Assembly: GCA_038078615.1 (NCBI GenBank)
Contig: JBBTWT010000001.1
Location: forward strand, 1-56,427
Origin: Patescibacteria group bacterium
GTDB taxonomy: Bacteria; Patescibacteriota; Minisyncoccia; Moranbacterales; UBA1568
Reading direction: 5' to 3'
DNA: 56,427 nt
In this document: piece by piece, positions 44,147-55,160 of the stretch
Numbering within the stretch: the first letter of the stretch is position 1
Layout: the number at the start of each line of letters is the position of its first letter
Position numbers and translations under genes: made by a program
Notes under the pieces: generated by a model
Database searches by the model: none
What the model was told of the DNA's origin: nothing
Seen by the model: the letters and a program-made list of their open reading frames with translations, nothing else

Positions 44147-44452
44147 TTAGATGGTTTTTCCGGACTGCTTGCTGACGCGGACTTTCTCGGTACCCTCGAT
44201 CCTGTATCCGATACGGGTCAGTTTTCCGGTATGCGGACATACGAGCATCACATTGGAGACATGGAGGGGGGCCTCCTTCTCGATCCGCTGGCCTTTCTCG
44301 CCATCGCGGCGGGAACGGACGTGACGCTTCATGATATTGGCGCCTTTCACCGCTACCTTGTCAAGCTTCGGAAAAACATGAAGCACCTCGCCCCGTTTTC
44401 CGGAATCCTTGCCTGCGATGATCTCTACCTGGTCGCCTTTCTTGATCTTCAT
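44147..44452 (-). CDS. rplX: 50S ribosomal protein L24
   Basis: It has the KOW motif MKIKKGDQVEIIAGKDSGKRGEV. Confidence 0.9.
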   Translation of the reverse strand: MKIKKGDQVEIIAGKDSGKRGEVLHVFPKLDKVAVKGANIMKRHVRSRRDGEKGQRIEKEAPLHVSNVMLVCPHTGKLTRIGYRIEGTEKVRVSKQSGKTI

Positions 44453-44463
44453 ATGTGTGTGCT

Positions 44464-44835
44464 TTACAGGACTTCCGGAGCGAGCGAAACGATCTTGGCG
44501 AATCCCTTTTCGCGCAGCTCTCGCGCTATCGGGCCGAAAATGCGCGTCCCCTTCGGATCGACATCATTGGCATCGAGGATGACCGCGGCGTTCTCATCGA
44601 AACGGATGTAGGAATTGTCTTTGCGGCGATGAGCCTTGACCTGACGGACGATGACGGCCCTCACTTTGTCGCCTTTCTTGACGATACCGCGCGGCTCGGC
44701 GGACTTCACGGAAGCCACGATGATGTCGCCCAGACTGGCATATCTGCGGCGGGTCCCGCCGAGCACCTTGAAGCATCTGATGCTCTTCGCACCGCTGTTG
44801 TCAGCGACTCTCAGATTGGATTCTGCCTGGATCAT
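44464..44835 (-). CDS. rplN: 50S ribosomal protein L14
   Basis: The protein begins [17 protein letters not shown]. Confidence 0.95.
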   Translation of the reverse strand: MIQAESNLRVADNSGAKSIRCFKVLGGTRRRYASLGDIIVASVKSAEPRGIVKKGDKVRAVIVRQVKAHRRKDNSYIRFDENAAVILDANDVDPKGTRIFGPIARELREKGFAKIVSLAPEVL

Positions 44836-44853
44836 ATGTTCTTTCTTGAGCGC

Positions 44854-45111
44854 TTAGACGACTCTGTGGCGCTTGCCACGGCTGACGGGACGGCATTCCT
44901 GAAATGTGACCGTATCCCCCACCTTGTACGTATTCTCTTCGACGTGCACCTTGTACCGCTTGGTCGAACGGTATTGTTTCAGGTACTTCGGATGGGTCTT
45001 CAGGGTATCCACGGCGACGACGATGGTTTTGTCCATCTTGTCGCTCACGACGACACCCTTCCACGTGGGAGCCTTGTTCGCTTTCTCGGCTGTTGTCGGT
45101 ATGGTCTGCAT
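44854..45111 (-). CDS. rpsQ: 30S ribosomal protein S17
   Basis: It contains WKGVVVSDKMDKTIVVAVDT. Confidence 0.9.
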   Translation of the reverse strand: MQTIPTTAEKANKAPTWKGVVVSDKMDKTIVVAVDTLKTHPKYLKQYRSTKRYKVHVEENTYKVGDTVTFQECRPVSRGKRHRVV

Positions 45112-45149
45112 AATGTTATGCGCTGGTTTAGTATGATACGTGCGATGCC

Positions 45150-45353
45150 TCAGGCCGCGTCGAGCGAAAGTCCGGCCTCCCCCCTGAGTGTCGAGAGTCG
45201 GGCGAGATCCTTCTTGATCTTGCGATACTCGCTATGCACCTTGGTCTCGCGGGTCGCCAGATCGAAACGGAGCTTGCGCGCCTTGTCGGAAAGCTCGAGA
45301 ATAGCCTTCTCGCGCTCGCCTTCTGATTTTTCCCGCCATTCTTTCGCTTTCAT
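45150..45353 (-). CDS. rpmC: 50S ribosomal protein L29
   Basis: 67 aa and helical, positioned between rplP and rpsQ. It contains ELSDKARKLRFDLATRE. Confidence 0.85.
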   Translation of the reverse strand: MKAKEWREKSEGEREKAILELSDKARKLRFDLATRETKVHSEYRKIKKDLARLSTLRGEAGLSLDAA

Positions 45354-45401
45354 AATTTCGAAACTTCAGACTTTATACTTTACAAACTTTATGAACTTTT
45401 T
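45354..45401. repeat. ACTT-periodic (7-9 nt) low-complexity spacer between rplP and rpmC
   Basis: The spacer reads GAAACTT CAGACTT TATACTT TACAAACTT TATGAACTT. Confidence 0.7.
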
Positions 45402-45812
45402 CTATTGCCGTTCGACGAACTTCGTCTTGACGGAAAGCTTGTGCGCGGCCAGACGGAGCGCTTCCGCCGCCGCCGCCTTGGGGATGCCGTCAAGCTCGAA
45501 GAGCACTTTGCCGGCGCGCACCTTGGCGACGAAATGATCGACGCTGCCCTTGCCTTTGCCCATCGGCGTCTGTTCGCCCTTCTTGGTCATCGGCTTGTCC
45601 GGAAAGATGCGGATCCATATCTTGCCGCCGCGCTGGATCGATCGGGTCATGGCGCGCCGGGCGGCCTCGATCTGGCGGGCGGAGATAAGTCCCTCCTCCA
45701 TGGCCTTCAGGCCATAGCCTCCGAAGCTCACTTTCGCGCCGCGCGTCGCCGGACTTCCGGACCATCCTCCGCGATGGATCTTGCGATGTTTGACTTTTCT
45801 TGGCATCAGCAT
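45402..45812 (-). CDS. rplP: 50S ribosomal protein L16
   Basis: The protein begins [15 protein letters not shown]. Confidence 0.95.
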   Translation of the reverse strand: MLMPRKVKHRKIHRGGWSGSPATRGAKVSFGGYGLKAMEEGLISARQIEAARRAMTRSIQRGGKIWIRIFPDKPMTKKGEQTPMGKGKGSVDHFVAKVRAGKVLFELDGIPKAAAAEALRLAAHKLSVKTKFVERQ

Positions 45813-45824
45813 AAGGATCTTCCG

Positions 45825-46490
45825 TTATTCGGTCTCTTGCTCTTTCTCCGCGAACTTCTCGCCCTTGTAGATCCACGTCTTCACCCCGATGACGCCATAC
45901 GTGGTGCGAGCCTCATAGCAGGCGAAGTCGATGTCGGCGCGCAGCGTATGGAGAGGGATCTTGCCGCGAGACAGCCATTCCCTGCGGGACATCTCGGCGC
46001 CGCCCAGACGACCACAGATCTCGATCTTCACTCCTTCGACCGTCTTGTTGGCTTCCACCTGGTCGAGCATGGTCTTCAGGACGCGCCGGAACGGCAGACG
46101 TTTCTCGAGCTGTTCCGCTACCTGCTGTCCGACCAGCATCGCGTTCGTTTCCGGGCTCTTCACTTCCTGGACATCCACCTTGAGATCCACTTTCTTGCCG
46201 ACAAAGAACGTCTTCTTGATCGCGCGGGTCAGATCCTCGACGCCGGTGCCTCCGCGTCCGATCAGCACGCCAGGTCTGGCCGTATGGATGATCAGGCGCA
46301 CCGCGTTCGCGGAACGCTCGATTCCGACCGATGCGATGGCCGCAGCCTTCCACTTGCTCATGATGAGCGCGCGTATCTCCACATCCTTGCGCAGCTGCTG
46401 CCGGTATGTTTTCTTGCTCCCGAACCAGCGCGATTGCCAATTGGTAGTGATACCGAGACGGATGCCGGTTGGATTGACCTTATTGCCCAT
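45825..46490 (-). CDS. rpsC: 30S ribosomal protein S3
   Basis: The protein begins MGNKVNPTGIRLGI. Confidence 0.95.
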   Translation of the reverse strand: MGNKVNPTGIRLGITTNWQSRWFGSKKTYRQQLRKDVEIRALIMSKWKAAAIASVGIERSANAVRLIIHTARPGVLIGRGGTGVEDLTRAIKKTFFVGKKVDLKVDVQEVKSPETNAMLVGQQVAEQLEKRLPFRRVLKTMLDQVEANKTVEGVKIEICGRLGGAEMSRREWLSRGKIPLHTLRADIDFACYEARTTYGVIGVKTWIYKGEKFAEKEQETE

Positions 46491-46600
46491 AACTTCTCTT
46501 TCGCTTAATAGCTGCTTAGCTTTCGGCTCTTCGCTTCCGACTCACGATTTCCAGAGGATCCCCTCTGAAAGCTATGAGCTGAAAGCCAAAAGCAGGTACC
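46491..46600. repeat. AGCT-periodic palindromic spacer element 'E2' between rplV and rpsC
   Basis: Colinear homologue of 42168-42274. The arm 46510-46529 pairs with 46576-46595. Confidence 0.8.
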
Positions 46601-47131
46601 CTACATTGATTTCCGCTGAAACACTTTTTTCACCACTTTTCCGGCGGCCGGCCTGATGCCCTTCGCCGATTCTTTCTTGATGTCCGGCTTCGCCGTCTTG
46701 CGGGAATCCTGCGCCGCCTCTTCCGCGATCGCCCCGGCTCCTTCCGCCACCACCGTCTCTATCTCCGCTTTTTTCTTCTCGGTACGATTCTTGCCTATGA
46801 CCTTTTCCTCGAGAATGACCGTCACGTTGGATCCGCGGCGGAGCAGCGGTGTCGCCCTCCCGAACGCTTTCGGCGCCCAGCGCTTCAGGCGGAGTCCGTC
46901 GCCGACGCGTATCTCGGCGATATACAGGTTCGCCTCATCGAGCCCGTTGTTGTTCGTCGCATTGGCCATGGCGCTCTTCAGGAGATCATGGATCGGCTGG
47001 GAGGATTTCTTGACCTGCTGCGCGAGCTGGATCAGCGCCTCGCGCGCGTCCACGCCGATGACAGAGTGTGTCACGAGACGCACTTTACGCGGAGCGATCC
47101 GGAGGTTTTTCAGCGTGGCGTGTACTTTCAT
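46601..47131 (-). CDS. rplV: 50S ribosomal protein L22 (with Lys/Ala-rich C-terminal extension)
   Basis: The protein begins MKVHATLKNLRIAPRKVRLV. The ATG at 47131 is preferred; the longer ORF overlaps rpsS. Confidence 0.9.
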   Translation of the reverse strand: MKVHATLKNLRIAPRKVRLVTHSVIGVDAREALIQLAQQVKKSSQPIHDLLKSAMANATNNNGLDEANLYIAEIRVGDGLRLKRWAPKAFGRATPLLRRGSNVTVILEEKVIGKNRTEKKKAEIETVVAEGAGAIAEEAAQDSRKTAKPDIKKESAKGIRPAAGKVVKKVFQRKSM

Positions 47132-47138
47132 AATTTCA

Positions 47139-47489
47139 TCATTTCTTGGCGGCCGGAGCGGCGGTAGCCGATTTGGCGGCCTTGGAGGCATCAAGTTCGC
47201 GCTGCTTGGCGGCGATCTCCAATTCATTCTGTATCTTGCCTCCGTGGCGGACAAACTTGCGCGTCGGAGAGAATTCGCCCAGCTTGTGCCCCACCATTTC
47301 CTCGGTCACGAACACAGAAATGAAGTCTTTGCCGTTGTGCACGCCAAAAGTGAAGCCTACCATCTCCGGGGAGATCGTACAAGCCCTCGACCATGTCTTG
47401 ATGATCGTACGGTCGCCGAGCTTCTTCCCTTCGAGCTTCCTGAGCACGCGGGGATCGACGTATGGACCTTTTTTGAGACTTCGTGACAT
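47139..47489 (-). CDS. rpsS: 30S ribosomal protein S19 (C-terminal extension)
   Basis: It begins [19 protein letters not shown] and contains [13 protein letters not shown]. Confidence 0.95.
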   Translation of the reverse strand: MSRSLKKGPYVDPRVLRKLEGKKLGDRTIIKTWSRACTISPEMVGFTFGVHNGKDFISVFVTEEMVGHKLGEFSPTRKFVRHGGKIQNELEIAAKQRELDASKAAKSATAAPAAKK

Positions 47490-47501
47490 AGGATTTCTAC
47501 A

Positions 47502-48329
47502 TTATTTCTTCGGACGGCGGCTGACGATATACCGGTTGCTCCGATGTTTCTTCTTGCGCGTCTTCTTGCCGAGAGCCGGCTTGCCCCACGGGGTCTTCGG
47601 ATGCATGCCGATCGGCTGGCGCCCTTCGCCGCCTCCGTGCGGGTGATCCACCGGATTCATGGCGCTGCCGCGCACTACCGGACGGCGGTTGAGCCAGCGG
47701 GCGCGTCCCGCCTTGCCGATACGCTCCGCGCCATGCTCGAAATTGCTCACCTGTCCGAGCGTAGCATAGCATTCCTTGCTTATCAAACGGATTTCTCCGG
47801 AGCTGAGTTTCACCTGCGCCATCTCGCTGTCCAGAGCCATGAGCACCGCGGCGGAACCGGCGCTTCTCGCCATCTGCCCGCCTTTGCCGATCTTCATCTC
47901 GATATTGCAGATGGTCGTACCGGCCGGGATATTCTTGAGCGGCAGCCGGTTGCCATTCACGATCGGCGTGTGTTCGCCGGACACTATCTCCTGTCCCTGC
48001 CGCATGCCGTCGGTCGCCAGCACGTAGCGTTTCTCGCCATCGGCATAGTGCACGAGCGCGATAAGCGACGAACGGTTCGGGTCTTTCTCGATGCTCTCGA
48101 TACGTCCGGGAACACCCAACTTGTCCTGACGGAAATCGACCACGCGATAACGACGCTTGTGTCCGCCGCCCTGATGGCGCACAGAGATCTTGCCGCCGGA
48201 ACGGCCGGCATGCTTCGGCAGCGGAGCAAGCAAAGACTTTTCCGGAGCCCGATCGGTCACATGATCAGGCTTGACGACCGACATATTGCGGCGCCCGGCA
48301 TGATTCTTCTTGTAGATCTTGATGGCCAT
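47502..48329 (-). CDS. rplB: 50S ribosomal protein L2
   Basis: It contains SAMNPVDHPHGGGEGRQPIG. Confidence 0.95.
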   Translation of the reverse strand: MAIKIYKKNHAGRRNMSVVKPDHVTDRAPEKSLLAPLPKHAGRSGGKISVRHQGGGHKRRYRVVDFRQDKLGVPGRIESIEKDPNRSSLIALVHYADGEKRYVLATDGMRQGQEIVSGEHTPIVNGNRLPLKNIPAGTTICNIEMKIGKGGQMARSAGSAAVLMALDSEMAQVKLSSGEIRLISKECYATLGQVSNFEHGAERIGKAGRARWLNRRPVVRGSAMNPVDHPHGGGEGRQPIGMHPKTPWGKPALGKKTRKKKHRSNRYIVSRRPKK

Positions 48330-48340
48330 AGTGGGTCTTC

Positions 48341-48739
48341 TTACATTCCGCCCTTAAAAAGTTCGATGGATTGCCCCTTGGCCACGCGCACGATCGCTTT
48401 CTTGATGGCGCTTTTGAAACCGACGCCTTTGCCGAGCACGCGTTTCTTCGCTGGCAGACGGACGATGCGGACCTGTTCGACAGTGACGGCATACGCTTCC
48501 TCGATGGCTCTCTTCACCGTCGTCTTGGTGGCTTCTTTCGTCACGACGAACACGTACTGGTTGAGCGCATTCAGGGCGTAGGACTTCTCCGTGATGCGCG
48601 GACGGGACAGGAGTCTCGTCGCCAGCGGGCTTTCCCTCACCGAGAGCGTCTTCGCTTCTCTGGCGCCCGTGCGCTTCGAAGCGGCCCGCTTCGCGGTTTT
48701 CTTCGTTCTCTTTCCGGTTGTCTTGCTGAACAATGGCAT
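48341..48739 (-). CDS. rplW: 50S ribosomal protein L23 (basic N-terminal extension)
   Basis: It contains RPRITEKSYALNALNQYVFVVTKEATKTTVKRAIEEAY. The ATG at 48739 follows the rplD stop by 10 nt. Confidence 0.88.
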   Translation of the reverse strand: MPLFSKTTGKRTKKTAKRAASKRTGAREAKTLSVRESPLATRLLSRPRITEKSYALNALNQYVFVVTKEATKTTVKRAIEEAYAVTVEQVRIVRLPAKKRVLGKGVGFKSAIKKAIVRVAKGQSIELFKGGM

Positions 48740-48749
48740 ATGATTCCGG

Positions 48750-49403
48750 TTATTTCGTCGCTTGCCTATCCCACGCCGCGAAACGTCCTTCCAGATTCCT
48801 GACACCGGCTTCCGTAAGGACGAGGTATTCCCGATCCAGCAGCTGCACCACGTTGAGGTTTTCGGTCGGTGTATTCTCCACCTTCGGGATATTGCGGCTC
48901 ATGACGGTACAGGCGCGTTCATCGCCGGTCAGGCAGAAAACGAGGCTTTTCCCGGTGATGCCGAGAGCCTGCACGGTCGCGGCGAACAGTTTCGTTTTTT
49001 TCTCAGGATAGCTGAGCGCGTCGATCACGATCATCTTGCCGGAACGCAGCTTCTCGGAGAGCGCTATCATGACGGCTTTCTGGCGCATCTTCTGATTGGT
49101 GTCCTTGCTCCAGTTGCGATCCTTGGTCGGACCGAACGTGATGCCTCCCTTGCGCCAGATCGGGCTGCGGACGGCGCCGGCACGGGCACGGCCCGTCCCC
49201 TTCTGACGCCACGGCTTGACGCCGGAACCGGCACGTTCGCTGCGATTTTTGGTATGGGAGATGGTGTGACGCGCGTTGGCGGTCTGCGCGACGTATACCT
49301 GATGGAGCAGCGTGTCGTTGGCAGGAACGCCGAAAACGAAATCCTTGATATCGATTTCCTTCACGTCCTTGCCCGCCACGTTTTTCACGGTGATTTTCGC
49401 CAT
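48750..49403 (-). CDS. rplD: 50S ribosomal protein L4
   Basis: It contains GSGVKPWRQKGTGRARAGAVRSPIWRKGG. Confidence 0.95.
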   Translation of the reverse strand: MAKITVKNVAGKDVKEIDIKDFVFGVPANDTLLHQVYVAQTANARHTISHTKNRSERAGSGVKPWRQKGTGRARAGAVRSPIWRKGGITFGPTKDRNWSKDTNQKMRQKAVMIALSEKLRSGKMIVIDALSYPEKKTKLFAATVQALGITGKSLVFCLTGDERACTVMSRNIPKVENTPTENLNVVQLLDREYLVLTEAGVRNLEGRFAAWDRQATK

Positions 49404-49414
49404 ATCAGCAGATA

Positions 49415-50023
49415 TTATTTCGCGCTCATTATCTTGACGATGCGCCCATTCACGCCCGGCACCGCGCCACGCACGGCGATCAGCCCTTCTGCGGGGTTCA
49501 CATACGCGACCGAGAGATTGCGGACGGTCATATTTTCGCCGCCCATGCGCCCGGCCATGCGACGACCCTTGACGACATGCTCCGGAAACGTCGCACCGAT
49601 GGAACCTGGTTTGCGCATATCGTGCTTGCGTCCGTGGCTCGCCGGAGCCCCGGCAAACTTGTGGCGCTTCACGACTCCCTGAAAACCCTTTCCCTTGGTA
49701 ACGCCGGTGATATTCACGAATTCCCCGACTTCGAACATCGAGACGCTGACGGATCCGTCGACGGGATAGTTCTCCAATTCTTTGGAGAGCGTCGCCTTAT
49801 CTGAGCCGAGAACGAGCGCTTTGTCGATACGGAATTCCTTGCGGACGGTCTTTTTGGCGTTTTTCTTCGTTTCGAGCTGTACGGCGAGGTACCCGTCCTT
49901 TTCCAACGTGCGGTTGAGCCGGACATTGTTCTCTTCGCAGACGATCAGGGTCACGTTCAACGCGCCCTTCGTCTCATCGAAGATCGTCGTCATGCCGAGT
50001 TTTCTGCCGAGGAGGAATTTCAT
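49415..50023 (-). CDS. rplC: 50S ribosomal protein L3
   Basis: It contains GVTKGKGFQGVVKRHKFAG. Confidence 0.95.
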   Translation of the reverse strand: MKFLLGRKLGMTTIFDETKGALNVTLIVCEENNVRLNRTLEKDGYLAVQLETKKNAKKTVRKEFRIDKALVLGSDKATLSKELENYPVDGSVSVSMFEVGEFVNITGVTKGKGFQGVVKRHKFAGAPASHGRKHDMRKPGSIGATFPEHVVKGRRMAGRMGGENMTVRNLSVAYVNPAEGLIAVRGAVPGVNGRIVKIMSAK

Positions 50024-50255
50024 CGCTATGCTTTCACCCGGATAAATCTTTTACAAACAAAAAACTGACCTTTTCAGTACAGCCAGCTTCAGAACCTGGC
50101 CCGTTCAGTATCCCTGCCTCTCACTTCTTATGACAGGTGAGGAGGGACTTAAACAAGTACTCTCTATATTTTTGAGAATCTTTTTGCTCGAGTACAGTTC
50201 TGAGCGTCCCGCCGTGGCGGGAAAGCGGCGAAATGTGCCGAACAAAAAGATTCTC
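50024..50255 (-). other. Unusually long (232-nt) structured spacer between rpsJ and rplC
   Basis: A 13-bp stem pairs 50174-50186 with 50243-50255 and starts right after the rpsJ stop. An inner hairpin CCCGCC-gt-GGCGGG lies at 50208-50221. A further hairpin lies at 50112-50147. Confidence 0.5.
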
Positions 50256-50582
50256 TTACATCTTGATCTCGATGTCCACACCGGCGGGCAGGTCGAGGTT
50301 CGTGAGATTTTCGATCGTCTTAGCCGTCGGGTTCAGGATATCGATCAGGCGCTTGTGCACCCGCATCTCGTACTGGTCGCGGGAATTCTTGTGCACGAAC
50401 GTGGAGCGGTTGACAGTCACCTTGTGGATTTCCGTCGGCAACGGCACGGGGCCGGTGATGTTCGCTCCGGTACGCTCAGCCGTTTCGACGATCTTCCGCG
50501 CGGACTGGTCGATCACCTTGTGATCATACGCCTTGATCTTGATTCTGACACGCAAATTCTGCGCTATTTCTGTCTTTTTCAT
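50256..50582 (-). CDS. rpsJ: 30S ribosomal protein S10
   Basis: It contains [31 protein letters not shown]. The ATG at 50582 is preferred over 50618. Confidence 0.93.
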   Translation of the reverse strand: MKKTEIAQNLRVRIKIKAYDHKVIDQSARKIVETAERTGANITGPVPLPTEIHKVTVNRSTFVHKNSRDQYEMRVHKRLIDILNPTAKTIENLTNLDLPAGVDIEIKM

Positions 50583-50699
50583 TGGATCGTTTATACGGCT
50601 ATTCCTTCCCTTTTTCAAGAGAACAATCGCGGGAGCCCCGCTCAGCCGGGACTCATCGCTCAGTTGCCTCGATCTCTCCCGCGCAACGGCGGAGAAGGT

Positions 50700-51890
50700 T
50701 TATTTCAGGATCTTGGTCGCGACGCCGGCACCTACGGTGCGGCCGCCTTCGCGGATCGCGAAACGCATGCCCTCTTCCATGGCGACCGGAGCCAAGAGCT
50801 TGATCTTGAGCTTCACGGTATCGCCCGGCATCACCATTTCGGTTCCTTCCGGCAACGTCACTTCGCCGGTCACATCGGTCGTACGGATATAGAATTGCGG
50901 CTTGTATCCCTTGAAAAACGGAGTGTGACGCCCGCCTTCTTCCTTGGAAAGGACGTAGACTTCGCCATCGAATTCGGTGTGAGGAGTGATGGATCCCGGC
51001 TTGGCCAGAACCTGGCCGCGCTCGACATCCTCTTTCTTGATGCCGCGGATGAGGAGTCCGGCGTTGTCGCCGGCCTGGCCGCGATCCAGGGACTTGTTGA
51101 ACATCTCGATTCCGGTGACGACGGTCTTGGCCGTGTCGCGGATACCGACGATCTCCACTTCCTCGTTGACATTCACGATACCGCGCTCGATGCGGCCGGT
51201 CACGACGGTGCCGCGGCCTTCGATCGAGAAGATGTCTTCGATCGGCATCAGGAACGGCTTCTCCGTGTCGCGGATCGGTTCCGGAATTTCGGTATCCAGG
51301 GCATTCATCAAGTCGAGAATCGGCTTGGCCGCCTCTTCATCGACAGACTTGGACTCGAGCGCCTTCAGGGCGCTGCCGCGGATGATGACCGCCTTGTCCC
51401 CGTCGAATTCATACTTGGAAAGCAGCTCGCGGACTTCGGCTTCGACGAGCTCGACGAGCTCCTGGTCATCCACCATATCCACCTTGTTCAGAAACACGAC
51501 GATAGCCGGCACGCCCACCTGGCGGGCGAGCAGGATATGCTCGCGGGTCTGCGGCATCGGGCCGTCGGTCGCGGATACGACGAGAATGGCACCATCCATC
51601 TGGGCGGCGCCCGTGATCATATTCTTGATATAGTCGGCGTGTCCGGGACAGTCGACATGCGCGTAGTGGCGCTTGTCCGACTCATATTCGCAGTGCGAAG
51701 TGGCGATCGTGATGCCGCGCTCGCGCTCTTCCGGCGCCTTGTCGATCTCATCGACGCCTCTCGCCTTGGCCAGGCCTTTCATGCTCTGCACATGCAGGAT
51801 GGCGGCTGTCAGGGTCGTCTTGCCATGGTCGACGTGGCCGATCGTGCCGACATTCACATGGGGCTTGCTTCGATTGAATTGCTCTGCCAT
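50700..51890 (-). CDS. tuf: Elongation factor Tu
   Basis: The protein begins [27 protein letters not shown]. The ATG at 51890 is preferred. Confidence 0.97.
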   Translation of the reverse strand: MAEQFNRSKPHVNVGTIGHVDHGKTTLTAAILHVQSMKGLAKARGVDEIDKAPEERERGITIATSHCEYESDKRHYAHVDCPGHADYIKNMITGAAQMDGAILVVSATDGPMPQTREHILLARQVGVPAIVVFLNKVDMVDDQELVELVEAEVRELLSKYEFDGDKAVIIRGSALKALESKSVDEEAAKPILDLMNALDTEIPEPIRDTEKPFLMPIEDIFSIEGRGTVVTGRIERGIVNVNEEVEIVGIRDTAKTVVTGIEMFNKSLDRGQAGDNAGLLIRGIKKEDVERGQVLAKPGSITPHTEFDGEVYVLSKEEGGRHTPFFKGYKPQFYIRTTDVTGEVTLPEGTEMVMPGDTVKLKIKLLAPVAMEEGMRFAIREGGRTVGAGVATKILK

Positions 51891-52048
51891 AACCTTTTTA
51901 TGAAACAAATTACTGTATTAGAACTTCTCTTCTTCCCAAACGATTTTTGTCGGTAAAAACGAAAAAAGCTTGGGCAAAAGCATCACTCGTTATGATATCA
52001 ACCTCTTGTCTTCCTGTCAAGCGACATCGCTTCGGTATCCGATCCCTG

Positions 52049-54151
<2,103 letters not shown>

Positions 54152-54157
54152 AGATGT

Positions 54158-54625
54158 CTACGCGAAGTGAGCGAAGGCCTTGTTGGCCTCGGCCATACGG
54201 TGCGTCTCTTCGCGTTTCTTCATGGCTGACCCGGTCTTGTTCGCGGCATCGAGGAGTTCGTCGGCGAGCTTCTCGGCCATGCCCTTGCCCTTGCGCTTGC
54301 GGCAGGCTTCGCGGATCCAGCGCATCGCGAGCACCTGACGACGCTCGCCGGACACCGGCACCGGCACCTGATAGTTGGCGCCGCCGACGCGGCGGGATTT
54401 CAGCTGGAGGAGCGGAGAGACGTTCTTGATGGCCTGCTCGAACGTGTTGACGCCGCCCTTCTTGGTGCGCTCATGGATAATATCGAACGCGTCATAGATG
54501 ATCCTTTCGGCGATGCTTTTCTTGCCATCCCACATGATCATCCCGACGAAGTGGCCGACCAGAGGATTGCCATACACGGCATCAGGCTTCCATTCGCGTG
54601 CGAATTGTCTCTTTCTTCGTGGCAT
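54158..54625 (-). CDS. rpsG: 30S ribosomal protein S7
   Basis: It begins MPRRKRQFAREWKPDAVYGNPLV and has the EANKAFAHF C-terminus. Confidence 0.95.
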   Translation of the reverse strand: MPRRKRQFAREWKPDAVYGNPLVGHFVGMIMWDGKKSIAERIIYDAFDIIHERTKKGGVNTFEQAIKNVSPLLQLKSRRVGGANYQVPVPVSGERRQVLAMRWIREACRKRKGKGMAEKLADELLDAANKTGSAMKKREETHRMAEANKAFAHFA

Positions 54626-54627
54626 AA

Positions 54628-55041
54628 TTATTTCTTCTTATTCTTCTTCGCGCCGTACTTCGAGCGGCTCTGCTTGCGATCTACGCCGGCGGCATCGAAA
54701 ATGCCGCGCACGATATGGTAGCGCACGCCCGGTAAGTCCTTCACGCGGCCGCCGCGGATCATCACGATCGAGTGCTCCTGAAGATTGTGCCCTTCGCCCG
54801 GGATATACGCCGTCACTTCCATGCCGTTCGTCAGGCGCACGCGGGCGATCTTGCGGAGAGCGGAGTTCGGCTTCTTCGGCGTCGTCGTGGATACCTTGAT
54901 GCATACCCCGCGCTTGAACGGGCTGTTGTGATAGGTATTGCGGTTCTTGACGCTGTTGATGGAATACGTCATCGCCGGCGACTTCGACTTCCGGGAAGCG
55001 GAAGCGCGCGGACGCTTGATGAGCTGGTTGATCGTTGCCAC
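54628..55041 (-). CDS. rpsL: 30S ribosomal protein S12 (GTG start; ~13-aa N-terminal-region insertion)
   Basis: It contains [40 protein letters not shown]. Confidence 0.95.
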   Translation of the reverse strand: MATINQLIKRPRASASRKSKSPAMTYSINSVKNRNTYHNSPFKRGVCIKVSTTTPKKPNSALRKIARVRLTNGMEVTAYIPGEGHNLQEHSIVMIRGGRVKDLPGVRYHIVRGIFDAAGVDRKQSRSKYGAKKNKKK

Positions 55042-55122
55042 AGGATTGGAAGATTATGGGAAAGACCCGAAAAAATATAGTCTGCAAGAAAACAAAAAAG
55101 CCCATGGCTTTTCGTACTGTCC

Positions 55123-55151
55123 ATACTATCGAAAGCCGGCATTCTTGTCAA
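55123..55151 (-). promoter_or_regulatory. Near-consensus sigma70 promoter upstream of rpsL
   Basis: The minus strand reads TTGACA (55151-55146), a 17-nt spacer, then TAGTAT (55128-55123). It is followed by the hairpin AAAAGCC-atg-GGCTTTT (55113-55095). Confidence 0.5.
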
Positions 55152-55160
55152 CCCCAAGCC

